From Deferrisomatales bacterium (GTDB taxonomy: Bacteria > Desulfobacterota > Deferrisomatia > Deferrisomatales > JACRMM01): a stretch of DNA of 64,000 nucleotides. Location: contig JAWSUI010000005.1 of assembly GCA_033551855.1 (NCBI GenBank), positions 31,026 through 95,025 on the forward strand. Reading direction: 5' to 3'. Below the pieces are notes generated by a model. That model saw nothing but the letters and a program-made list of their open reading frames with translations. It was not told where the DNA came from and did no database searches. The position numbers were made by a program, and so were the translations under genes. Position 1 is the stretch's first letter, and the number at the start of each line of letters is the position of its first letter. Below, one piece after another: positions 44,129 to 59,783 of the stretch.

Positions 44129-45640
44129 ATGACCGCACTTCCCGCCCTTTCGCTGACCAACGAGCGACCGGCCTTCCGGGTTGCCGACCTGAGCGAGGCC
44201 ACCGTGCGCTTCGGACGCAAGGAGATCGAGCTGGCCGAGCACGAGATGCCGGGGCTGATGGCCCTGCGTGCGGAGTACGCCGGCGAGAGGCCCCTGGCGG
44301 GGGCACGCATCATGGGCTCCCTGCACATGACCATCCAGACCGCCGTGCTCATCGAGACCCTGGTGGAGCTCGGTGCCGACGTGCGCTGGGTGAGCTGCAA
44401 CATCTTCTCCACCCAGGACCACGCGGCGGCGGCCACCGTGGTCGGCCCGGGCGGCAATGCGGATCACCCCTCGGGAGTTCCGGTGTTCGCGTGGAAGGGC
44501 GAGACTCTGGCCGAGTACTGGTGGTGCACCCTGCAGGCGCTGATCTGGCCGGACGGCTCGGGGCCGAACCTCCTTCTGGACGACGGCGGCGACGCCACCT
44601 TGCTCGCCCACCTGGGAGCCGAGTGCGAGGAGAAGGGAGTCATTCCGGACCCCGCCACGGCCGAGAGCGAGGAGTTCTCGATCATTCTCGCGCTGCTCCA
44701 CCGGGTGCGCGAAGAGCAGGGAGCGGACTTCTGGCGGCCGCTTGCGGCGGCGATCCGGGGGGTCTCGGAGGAGACCACCACGGGGGTGCACCGGCTCTAC
44801 GAGCGGATGGAGAACGGCACGCTCCGGTTTCCCGCGATCAACGTCAACGACTCGGTGACCAAGAGCAAGTTCGACAACATCTACGGTTGCCGCCACTCCC
44901 TGGTGGACGGGCTCATGCGTGCCACGGACGTCATGCTCGCGGGCAAGCGGGCGCTGGTGTGCGGTTACGGCGACGTGGGCAAGGGCTGTGTGGAAAGCCT
45001 TCGGGGCCAGCAGGCCCGGGTCGCGGTGAGCGAGATCGACCCGATCTGCGCCCTGCAGGCATGCATGCACGGGCTCGACGTGATCACGGTGGAGGACGCC
45101 CTCCCCGATTTCGACGTCTACGTGACCGCCACGGGCAACAAGGCGATCATCCGCGCCGAGCACATGGCGCGCATGAAGCACAACGCGGTCGTGTGCAACA
45201 TCGGGCACTTCGACAACGAGATCGACATGGCGGGGCTGGAGCGGATGCGCCGTTCCGGCGAAGTGGAGAAGATCGAGATCAAGCCTCAGGTGCACGAGTG
45301 GCGGTTCACGAAGAGCTCCCACGGGCCGGGGGGAGGCGCCCATTCCATCCTGCTCCTGGCCGAGGGGCGGCTGGTGAACCTGGGCTGCGCCACCGGGCAC
45401 CCGAGTTTCGTCATGTCGGCCTCCTTCACGAACCAGGTGATGGCGCAGATCGAGCTGCACCGGAACGCCGAGAGGTACGGGAAGAGCGTCACCGTGCTCC
45501 CCAAACAGCTCGACGAGAAAGTGGCACGGCTCCACCTGGGCCGGTTCGGCGCCAGGCTCACCCGGTTGACCTCGGATCAGGCTGCCTACATCGGGGTGCA
45601 CCCGGAGGGCCCCTACAAGACCGACCACTACCGGTATTGA
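44129..45640 (+). CDS. ahcY: Adenosylhomocysteinase
   Basis: 503 aa; [42 protein letters not shown]. Confidence 0.97.
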   Translation: MTALPALSLTNERPAFRVADLSEATVRFGRKEIELAEHEMPGLMALRAEYAGERPLAGARIMGSLHMTIQTAVLIETLVELGADVRWVSCNIFSTQDHAAAATVVGPGGNADHPSGVPVFAWKGETLAEYWWCTLQALIWPDGSGPNLLLDDGGDATLLAHLGAECEEKGVIPDPATAESEEFSIILALLHRVREEQGADFWRPLAAAIRGVSEETTTGVHRLYERMENGTLRFPAINVNDSVTKSKFDNIYGCRHSLVDGLMRATDVMLAGKRALVCGYGDVGKGCVESLRGQQARVAVSEIDPICALQACMHGLDVITVEDALPDFDVYVTATGNKAIIRAEHMARMKHNAVVCNIGHFDNEIDMAGLERMRRSGEVEKIEIKPQVHEWRFTKSSHGPGGGAHSILLLAEGRLVNLGCATGHPSFVMSASFTNQVMAQIELHRNAERYGKSVTVLPKQLDEKVARLHLGRFGARLTRLTSDQAAYIGVHPEGPYKTDHYRY

Positions 45641-45710
45641 CCGACGCGGTGGCGAGACCCGTGAACCCGCAGCACCGTCGGCGCCGCCACGACGCCGGCA
45701 GGAGGTTCCC

Positions 45711-46493
45711 ATGAGAAGACGGCATCGAATCCAGTTTCCGAGAGAAGAGGGACGCCACCTGGGCCAGGACGAGGCGTTCTTCTACCTGATCCGCGGCGAC
45801 ACGAAGGAACGCATCCGCTTTCACGACTACGACAAGCTTTACAGCGTCCCCGGGCTGTATGAGCAACTCTTCTACGACCGGCTCAAGTGCCAGTCCCCTA
45901 AGAAGGTCACCCAGATCCTCAAGGCGGCGCTCGCCCAGTGCCAGGAGAGCATCAGTGAGCTGCGGGTCCTGGATCTGGGTGCGGGCAACGGGATGATGGG
46001 GGAAGCCCTGGTTCAAGAGCACGGCGTGTCGCGCCTGGTAGGCGCCGACATCATCCCCGAGGCGTACGAGGCTACCGAGCGGGACCGCCCCGGTCTGTAC
46101 GACGAGTACTACGTCGCGGACTTCTGCAACCTCGACGAGGGGTTGCGGGAGGAGATCGCCTCTTGGCAGTTCAACTGTTTGACCACCGTGGCCGCCTTGG
46201 GCTTCGGGGACATACCCACAAAGGCCTTCATCGAGGCATTCAACATCATCCGAAGCCAGGGTTGGGTCGCGTTCAACATCAAGGAGACGTTCCTAGACGC
46301 CAGCGATCAGACGGGGTTCTCCCGGACCATTCGGGAGCTGATATGGTCCGATTACCTCGATCTCTACTATCTGGAGCGGTACCGCCACCGTCTCTCCATG
46401 GAGGGCGAACCCCTGTCGTACTTCGCCATCGCTGCCCGCAAGAACGCGGACATCCCGGAGGGGTATCTGCAGGACCTCGGGATCAACGGCTGA
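45711..46493 (+). CDS. Class I SAM-dependent methyltransferase, substrate unknown
   Basis: 260 aa. Motif I VLDLGAGNGMMGE. Conserved-looking N-terminal segment IRFHDYDKLYSVPGLYEQLFYDRLKCQSP. Visibly lower G+C and some rarer codons than the neighbours. Confidence 0.85.
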   Translation: MRRRHRIQFPREEGRHLGQDEAFFYLIRGDTKERIRFHDYDKLYSVPGLYEQLFYDRLKCQSPKKVTQILKAALAQCQESISELRVLDLGAGNGMMGEALVQEHGVSRLVGADIIPEAYEATERDRPGLYDEYYVADFCNLDEGLREEIASWQFNCLTTVAALGFGDIPTKAFIEAFNIIRSQGWVAFNIKETFLDASDQTGFSRTIRELIWSDYLDLYYLERYRHRLSMEGEPLSYFAIAARKNADIPEGYLQDLGING

Positions 46494-46553
46494 CCCGCCC
46501 CCCCCGGACGCCCGTAGGCGCGCCGGCGGGAACGGGCACAGGGGGCGGAAGCT

Positions 46554-47150
46554 TCAGGCGCCCCGTTCGCCGGGGCGGCGCACCCGGGCCTTGAGGAGGG
46601 GAAGGACCTCGGGGAACCGGGGGTGTCGGCCGCTGCCGAGCCAGGCGAAGAGCAGGGTCTCCGCGGTGAGGGGGGTCACCCCTCCGGCCTCCAGGAGGCG
46701 TCGCCCCACCCTCTCGTCGGCCGCCGCGCGGGAGGCGACCGCGTCGGCCAGGTAGTGGGCGCGAAAACCCCGGGCCCGGAGCCCCAGTGCGGTGTGGAGG
46801 ACGCACACGTGTGCCTCCACGCCGGCCAACAGGGCCACCGGGCGCCCCAGGGATGCGGTCGCCGAGACGAAGGCGGGCTCGGCATTGGCGTCGTAGGGCA
46901 CCTTGGGCACCACCGGCGACTCGGCCGGTGCCGCCGCCAGGACATCGGGATGGACCGGCCCCATCTTTTCGGGCTCCAAGGCCAGGAGGACGGCGGGCAC
47001 GCCGAACGCTCCGAGGGCGGCGACGGCAAAAGCCGCGCTCCGGGGGACCCGGCGGGCCCGTCCCGGGGGGTAGGCCTTGAGCAGGCCCGGCTGCACGTCC
47101 ACCACCACCAGGAAATAGTCCTCGACCGTCGGGATCAGCTCCGCTCCCAC
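46554..47150 (-). CDS. Isochorismatase-family (cysteine) hydrolase
   Basis: ORF 46554..47297 trimmed to the GTG 5 nt after AAGGAG. FLVVVDVQ, GVEAHVCVLHTAL. Start overlaps the upstream gene by 16 nt. Confidence 0.8.
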   Translation of the reverse strand: MGAELIPTVEDYFLVVVDVQPGLLKAYPPGRARRVPRSAAFAVAALGAFGVPAVLLALEPEKMGPVHPDVLAAAPAESPVVPKVPYDANAEPAFVSATASLGRPVALLAGVEAHVCVLHTALGLRARGFRAHYLADAVASRAAADERVGRRLLEAGGVTPLTAETLLFAWLGSGRHPRFPEVLPLLKARVRRPGERGA

Positions 47151-48319
47151 GTCTTCTCCTTCCCCGAGCCGCCGCCGACGCCCCCCCGGGCCGCCTTCTT
47201 CCCGGGCGCTTCGCCGGGCCCGAGCGCCTCTGCCACCACGCACCGCACGCCCCTGCCCTCTCTTCCCGGGGCGAAGCAGCCGCTGCAGCTCGTGCACCGG
47301 GCAGGGCTCCGGTCTCCGGCCGCCCAGCGGGACGGCAGGTCGGGTTCCCAGAGGAGAGGTCGGGAGAGACTGAAGAAGTCAGCGACCCCCTCGAAAAGGA
47401 GGCTCTCCAGGGTCTCGACCTGCCGGAGCCCCCCCACGACGGCCACCGGCGCGGAGACCCGGCGTTTGACCGCGGCAGCCAAACCCCGGAAGTAGGCCTC
47501 GTCGTCGGGCCCCTCCACCCGCCGCACCGGGCCCAGGGCCCCGGACCCCGGTGTCCCCCCGCTCACTTCGATGAGGCACGGAGCCCGCAGGTCGACCCAC
47601 TCCGCCACCCGGGCCGCCTCGTCGAGCTCCAGGCCGCCGGGGATGAAGTCCGCGCCATTGAGCTTGATCGCCACCGGGTAGTCGGGCCCCGCGCTTCCCT
47701 GCACGGCAGCCCAGACCTCCTGGAGGAAGCGGAATCGCTGCCGCACGCCGCCCCCGTAGCGGTCGGTGCGCAGGTTCGTCGCCGGGGAGAGGAACTGGTT
47801 GATCAGGAAGCCGTGAGCCGCGTGGAGCTGGACGAAGTCGAACCCGGCGTCCCGGGCGCGCCGCGCAGCCCTGCCGAAGTCGGCGACGATGCTGCCGATC
47901 TCTGCGGCGGAGAGCTCCCGGGGCACTTCCGGATACTGTGCCGCAGGGGTGAAAGAGGGCGCCAGGGGCGCCCGTCCCCCGATCCACTCGCCGCGCGTCT
48001 GGCCGCCGGCGTGCACGAGCTGGAGGCCCGCCAGGGCTCCCCCGTCCCGCATGGCGGCGGCGAGCCGCGTCAGCCCGGGCACGAGGGAGTCCTCCTGGGC
48101 CCCCAGCATCCCCGGCTGGTGGCGCCCCTCTGGGCTCACCGAGGCGTAACCCGTGACGATGACCCCCGCCCCCCCCTGCCCGAGCTCCCGGTAGCGCTCC
48201 ACGAGCGCTTCGGTTACCGCCCCCCGGCCGTCGGCCAGCCCCAGCCAGGTGGCGGAGCGCACGAGCCGGTTCCGTGCGGTGAGGGTGCCCATCTCCACGG
48301 GCTCGAAAAGGCTGTACAT
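47135..48319 (-). CDS. NADH:flavin oxidoreductase, Old Yellow Enzyme family
   Basis: ORF 47135..48532 trimmed to MYSLFEPVEMG...; HAAHGFLINQFLSPATNLRTDRYGG. Confidence 0.9.
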   Translation of the reverse strand: MYSLFEPVEMGTLTARNRLVRSATWLGLADGRGAVTEALVERYRELGQGGAGVIVTGYASVSPEGRHQPGMLGAQEDSLVPGLTRLAAAMRDGGALAGLQLVHAGGQTRGEWIGGRAPLAPSFTPAAQYPEVPRELSAAEIGSIVADFGRAARRARDAGFDFVQLHAAHGFLINQFLSPATNLRTDRYGGGVRQRFRFLQEVWAAVQGSAGPDYPVAIKLNGADFIPGGLELDEAARVAEWVDLRAPCLIEVSGGTPGSGALGPVRRVEGPDDEAYFRGLAAAVKRRVSAPVAVVGGLRQVETLESLLFEGVADFFSLSRPLLWEPDLPSRWAAGDRSPARCTSCSGCFAPGREGRGVRCVVAEALGPGEAPGKKAARGGVGGGSGKEKTWERS

Positions 48320-48353
48320 GGCATCTCCCGCTCCGGCCTTGGACAAAGAGGAC

Positions 48354-48566
48354 CTATTGCTACAACGAGCGATCGGTTCTCCGCGCCCGTTCGGCGCGAA
48401 ACCACCCATCCGGCGGGCAGGATCCCGGCGCGCAGTGCAACTCGCGAGGCGGTTTCCAGCGGCCCTGCGGCCCTTCGGTGCGCCCAGAGGATCGCTCCAA
48501 GGCCGCCTTCCCGCTCTCCAGGAAGGCCCCACGCCCGACTCGGACGCAACTCTCGCGGTAGTACGA
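48354..48566 (-). repeat. Structured element, copy B (inverted relative to copy A)
   Basis: See copy A. It fills the whole spacer from the thioesterase stop (48567) to 34 nt before the OYE start. Confidence 0.8.
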
Positions 48567-49076
48567 TCACCCCCCGGGAGTGTCCTTTACGGGCGCTTCC
48601 CCCTGCGGCTGCCCCCGCGCCAGGCGAAACCGGGAGCCGAAGGTCGCGACCAGGGTCCCCCCCTCGGCGTAGACCTCCGCTTCCCCCTCCAGGTCCCGCC
48701 CCTCGAAGCGGGTCACACGGGCTCGCGCCTCCGCCGTCCCCCGCACCACGGGCGCCCGGAAACGGGTGGTCATCTCCACCGTGGCGAAGTGGGTCCCTTC
48801 GGGCAGGAGGCTCTTGATGGCCATCGCCACCGCCGTGTCCGCGAGGGTGGTCACGGCCCCGCCGTGGAGCAGGCCGGCACCCTGGGAAAGCTTTACCCGG
48901 AAAGGCATCCGCAGCACCGCCCGGCCTTCGGCGGCCTCCAGGATCTCCAGGCCGCAGAGCTCCTCGAAGGGGGCCGGTGCGATCCAGGCCGAGAGGGCGA
49001 ACTGGGGCTCCCCGGCTTCCGGGTCCCGGAGCTCGTCCCAACAATCTCGCCGAGAGCCGTCAGCCATCTGCCTCAT
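48567..49076 (-). CDS. PaaI-family hotdog-fold thioesterase
   Basis: ORF 48567..49172 trimmed to the ATG overlapping the upstream stop (ATGA); GLLHGGAVTTLADTAVAMA. Confidence 0.85.
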   Translation of the reverse strand: MRQMADGSRRDCWDELRDPEAGEPQFALSAWIAPAPFEELCGLEILEAAEGRAVLRMPFRVKLSQGAGLLHGGAVTTLADTAVAMAIKSLLPEGTHFATVEMTTRFRAPVVRGTAEARARVTRFEGRDLEGEAEVYAEGGTLVATFGSRFRLARGQPQGEAPVKDTPGG

Positions 49077-50092
49077 CCCCCATGCCCGGGGCCTCCCGGT
49101 CTCGTCAGGAGCAGCCCCTGGTATTCTGCCACATGGTCGTAGAATTCGCGAAACACCTCGGCCGCCTCGCACTGCGCGTTGGGAACCCGCACCAGGGATC
49201 GGGCGCCGGGGTCACGGCGCAGGCCGAGAAACTCCATCACGTGGAAGCGCTCGACGGCGTAGCCCAGGCGTCGGGCCACCCGCTCGAGGTGTGCGAACCG
49301 GATCGTGTACTCGTCGTGCCCCTTGAGGGCGATACGGCGGGGAAACCCGTCGGAGGGAGGCAGCTCCGCGAGCTCCCGGTAGGGGGCGGGCACGACCGTA
49401 TCGGCGCCGTGCTCGGTCAGGAAGACCGCCCGGGCTCGTGGCGCCAGGGCCTCCAGGTACTCGACCGCGCCCACGTTGAAGGCGAAGGTGTCGGGCGCTC
49501 CCTCCACGTCCCCCTCGAGGCCGTAGGCCGCGACGAGTCGGGCGGCCCGGCCCACCGGATCGTCCGGCGGGGCGAGGACGTGCTCCCGCCGGGCAGCCCG
49601 CCGGAGCACGTCGTCCCGGGGCAGGTTCACGTAGGTCCGCAGGTCCCCGATGTTCTCGTTGCTCACGACGAGATCGATGGGGGCGTCGGAGCGGCCCAGG
49701 TACTCGACGGCGTCGGCCACGACGAACCGCACCCCCGGCCGGCCGCAGAGAGCGGCCTCCTGAAGGCCCAGGAAACGGGGGCTCAGATCCACCATGGTGA
49801 GATCGGAGACCTCGACGACCTCGAGGAACGCCGCCATGAGACTCCCCGTTCCGCCCCCCACCTCCACCACGGTCCCGAACGCGCGCGTCCCCAGCCGGTC
49901 CGCGAGGAGCTCCCCCACGGCCTCCCCGTAGCGACGGGGCCGCTCCAGGGCAGCCAGGTAGGGGCTGTCCCTGTCGGCCAGGCACTGGCAGACCGTCATC
50001 TCCCACAGGAGGCTGGGCGCCTCCTCCCCGGCGTAGTAGGCAGACGGGTCGTTGACCGACACCGCCTCCGGGGCTCCCGGCTGGGGCTTCAT
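49073..50092 (-). CDS. SAM-dependent methyltransferase-fold protein, function unknown
   Basis: 339 aa; motif I VVEVGGGTGSLMAAF and post-I acidic MVDLSP; long C-terminal extension. Confidence 0.75.
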   Translation of the reverse strand: MKPQPGAPEAVSVNDPSAYYAGEEAPSLLWEMTVCQCLADRDSPYLAALERPRRYGEAVGELLADRLGTRAFGTVVEVGGGTGSLMAAFLEVVEVSDLTMVDLSPRFLGLQEAALCGRPGVRFVVADAVEYLGRSDAPIDLVVSNENIGDLRTYVNLPRDDVLRRAARREHVLAPPDDPVGRAARLVAAYGLEGDVEGAPDTFAFNVGAVEYLEALAPRARAVFLTEHGADTVVPAPYRELAELPPSDGFPRRIALKGHDEYTIRFAHLERVARRLGYAVERFHVMEFLGLRRDPGARSLVRVPNAQCEAAEVFREFYDHVAEYQGLLLTRPGGPGHGG

Positions 50093-50139
50093 CGGCGTCT
50101 GTCCCTCGGGTCACGCTCGAGTGACGCGGACCGCACACG

Positions 50140-50177
50140 GCAAACGGGGCCGGCCCTCTCGGGCCGGCCCCGTTTGC
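50140..50177 (-). terminator. Strong stem-loop downstream of acs (no U-tract)
   Basis: GCAAACGGGGCCGGCCC-tctc-GGGCCGGCCCCGTTTGC, 17-bp stem, 20 nt after the acs stop. Confidence 0.5.
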
Positions 50178-50197
50178 CTGCTCTGGTCGGAGCGACC

Positions 50198-52180
<1,983 letters not shown>

Positions 52181-52280
52181 GCTTCCCTCCTTACCCACAG
52201 GTTGACAAACGGAGCCTCTCACGTGAATACCGCAGCCGAGCACCGGCGCGGGCCCAACCGGGCGAACAGGGTGGAGGCGG

Positions 52281-52309
52281 ATTCTACCGAAGCGAACAGC
52301 GGTGGACAA
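52281..52309 (-). promoter_or_regulatory. Candidate sigma70 promoter of acs, TTGTCC-17nt-TAGAAT
   Basis: Consensus match on the minus strand about 100 nt upstream of the acs start. Confidence 0.4.
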
Positions 52310-52652
52310 CCCCAAAACGACGTTATGAAACCAACCGATCGGTAGGCGGCGGGCGCCGGGGGCGCTCTCAACGGGTCGAGAACCGGCTTTTCCGGGGAAA
52401 GACGGGTTTCACACCCAGGGACGGCCGGTGGATCCGAGAGCGCAGGCGGACGGCCGATCGATGACCACACCCCCTTCGGGGCCGGGGTTCCCCCCCTGGC
52501 GGGTCGGAGGACCTGAGGGCTCGCAGGCGTGGGGTCGTCCGTCGGCGGCGGCCGGAGTCGGCGGACCCGCCCGGCCCTTTCTCGGATGGTCCCGAAGACC
52601 TGCCCCGCGCGACCTCCGCGAACGCCCCCACGGCGCAACACCCTTCGCGGGA

Positions 52653-52739
52653 GGAACCTCCCGGGTGCGCGGAGACGGAGCGCGAAGCTGCTCTCGGGTC
52701 ATGCGAATCTCCGGAACCTCCCGGGTGCGCGGAGACGGA
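52653..52739 (+). repeat. Two exact 27-nt direct repeats GGAACCTCCCGGGTGCGCGGAGACGGA separated by a unique 33-nt spacer
   Basis: Copies at 52653-52679 and 52713-52739 (positions confirmed from ORF 52428..52772, which translates GTSRVRGDG twice). The sequences between and after the copies are unrelated. Confidence 0.85.
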
Positions 52740-52905
52740 ACCGCCGCCGACAAACAGGACGGCCTCCGGTAGACTATGGGCGGCCGCAACCCCGCTCGCA
52801 GGAACCCGGCCGGGGTCATGGCGCCCAGTGGGGGGCGAACGCCCCACGGCCGGCCCGCGGCGCAGCATCCGGCGGCCCGGCGCCCCGTCCACCAGGAGAC
52901 CGACC

Positions 52906-54471
52906 GTGTACAACCGCCCCGAGCTGTCCGACGAAGACCTCGCCCTCCTGGTGCCCCACACGATGGGGACGCAGCACCCGGACAACGTCGGCCGGGTACC
53001 TTTCGGCCCGAGCCCGCGGGTGGATCGGAACCTGGAGGAAGAGGAGGTTCTTCACAATGTGACGGTCCTGGGCCTTCGGGAGCTGATGATCGACTACGAA
53101 AAGAAGCGGGGGGGCTGCACCCCGCTGTGGGACTGGCTGCACAAGTGCCCCACGTGCCTGGAGGAGCGGGTCATCGGCCGGGACTTCCACGTGACCCCTC
53201 GCCTGCCCAACCCCGACACCGACCGGGACGACCCGTATTTCTGGCAGAGCCTGGGGATCTTCTCCAACTCGCTGCTCGTGATGCGCCGCCTGGGACTGCC
53301 CTGGCTCGCCTTCTCGGAGTTCATCCTCCCGGACGTGACCTCCGGGGCCACCGTGGCTCGGGTGGAGCGCCACATCCAGGAGCGGTTCCGCCTGGACGCG
53401 GCGCAGTACCGCGCCTACGGCGACGGCAACGACTTCCCGTTCGCGGGGGATTTCTTCGTCCAGGGGATACCGCTCATCGAGACGGTGGAAGCCCTCCTGG
53501 AGCCGGAAAGAATCTGGGACGACCTCGTTCGGGCCCGCTGGGAGCTCTCGGGGGTGGAGACCCGCGTGCAGCGAAGCTTCATCGCCCGCAGCGATCCCGC
53601 GTTGAAGGCGGGCCTCGTGGCGGCCCTGGTCGCCGCGACCGTCGCCCTGCACAAGGGCCGCGCCTACGAGCGGCGCACGGGGGTGCGCATCCCCCAGATC
53701 GTCGGCATCGGGTCGGCGCCCTTCCGGGGCGGACTCACGCCCGATCCTGCCAGCATCGAAGTCGTGGCGAAGACCTACCCGGGGGCGGCCACCCTGACCG
53801 TGCAGTCCGCCTTCCGCTACGACCACCCGGAACACGACGTGCGGCGGGCGGCGGCGGAGATCGAGGGGCGCCTGGCCCGGGGGTGGGTGGCGCGGCACCG
53901 GGGGGCTCCGGGTCCGGACGCCCGGGAGACGGACGTCTTGAAGCGCGTGGTCGCACGCCTCAAAGCGGCCTACGAAGACTCCTACCGGGAGCTGCTGCCC
54001 CTGGTGACCCGGGTGGCGCCGTCGGTGCCGAGTCACCGGGAGCGCTACGAGAACGTGGGGGTGACGGGGGAGGTCCGCCGGGTGGGGGGGCTGCCGGCGG
54101 TCCGCGCCATCAAGTACGCGGCCTCCTGCTACACCCTCGGCCTGCCGCCCGGAATCCTGGGCTTCCGGGCCTGGGAGAACCTCTCGGAAGGCGAGCGGGC
54201 GCTCGTGGAGCGGACCTGCCCCACCCTGGGCCACTGGCTCCGCGAGGAGCTGCGCTTATCGAGCCCGGACACCGTCCGCCGGCTGCTGTCCCGGGAGGGC
54301 CTGAGCCTGTGCTCCCGCGACCTGGCGGCGGCCACCGCCTACGCGGGGCGCGTTGCCCCCGACTCCCGGCACGCCGAGGCGTGCGCGCGGGCGGCAGCCG
54401 CCGTGGGGGATCGCGCGGCGCTGGAAGAGGCCGTCCTGGAGGCCGCCTCCCTTCGCAGGTTTCTCGGGTAG
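52906..54471 (+). CDS. ppcA: Archaeal-type phosphoenolpyruvate carboxylase
   Basis: ORF 52828..54471 trimmed to the GTG 6 nt after AGGAGA. LVPHTMGTQHPDN hallmark. The roughly 520-aa length fits atPEPC, not the 900-aa bacterial Ppc. Confidence 0.85.
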   Translation: MYNRPELSDEDLALLVPHTMGTQHPDNVGRVPFGPSPRVDRNLEEEEVLHNVTVLGLRELMIDYEKKRGGCTPLWDWLHKCPTCLEERVIGRDFHVTPRLPNPDTDRDDPYFWQSLGIFSNSLLVMRRLGLPWLAFSEFILPDVTSGATVARVERHIQERFRLDAAQYRAYGDGNDFPFAGDFFVQGIPLIETVEALLEPERIWDDLVRARWELSGVETRVQRSFIARSDPALKAGLVAALVAATVALHKGRAYERRTGVRIPQIVGIGSAPFRGGLTPDPASIEVVAKTYPGAATLTVQSAFRYDHPEHDVRRAAAEIEGRLARGWVARHRGAPGPDARETDVLKRVVARLKAAYEDSYRELLPLVTRVAPSVPSHRERYENVGVTGEVRRVGGLPAVRAIKYAASCYTLGLPPGILGFRAWENLSEGERALVERTCPTLGHWLREELRLSSPDTVRRLLSREGLSLCSRDLAAATAYAGRVAPDSRHAEACARAAAAVGDRAALEEAVLEAASLRRFLG

Positions 54472-54535
54472 CTCCCCCGGAGCATGCGCCGCCCTCCCGC
54501 CCCCCGGGAGCCGTCCCGCCCCGTTCCCCGTTCGT

Positions 54536-59632
<5,097 letters not shown>

Positions 59633-59783
59633 ACCACGTCTGGTCTCTCGGTTTCACCCCCCTGACACCCCGCGGCGCCTCCGACCGCCGTCCCCCAACT
59701 ACCAACTCATCCCCAGGACGCACCGTACACCCCCCGCCCGAGGCGCCGGAAGAGAGGACCCCTTCGACGAGCCATCGCCCCGC

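Noticed and set aside
52593-52739. Calling the 27-nt repeats a CRISPR array
   Set aside because: There are only two exact repeats (a third is barely recognisable). The repeat has no strong internal palindrome, and the window has no cas genes and no leader. This is kept as a finding but is not annotated as CRISPR.
52800-52850. Sigma-54 promoter (TGGCGCCCAGTGGGG) downstream of the 27-nt repeats
   Set aside because: The GG and GC elements are not at the required 10-nt spacing and the TTGC -12 box is absent.
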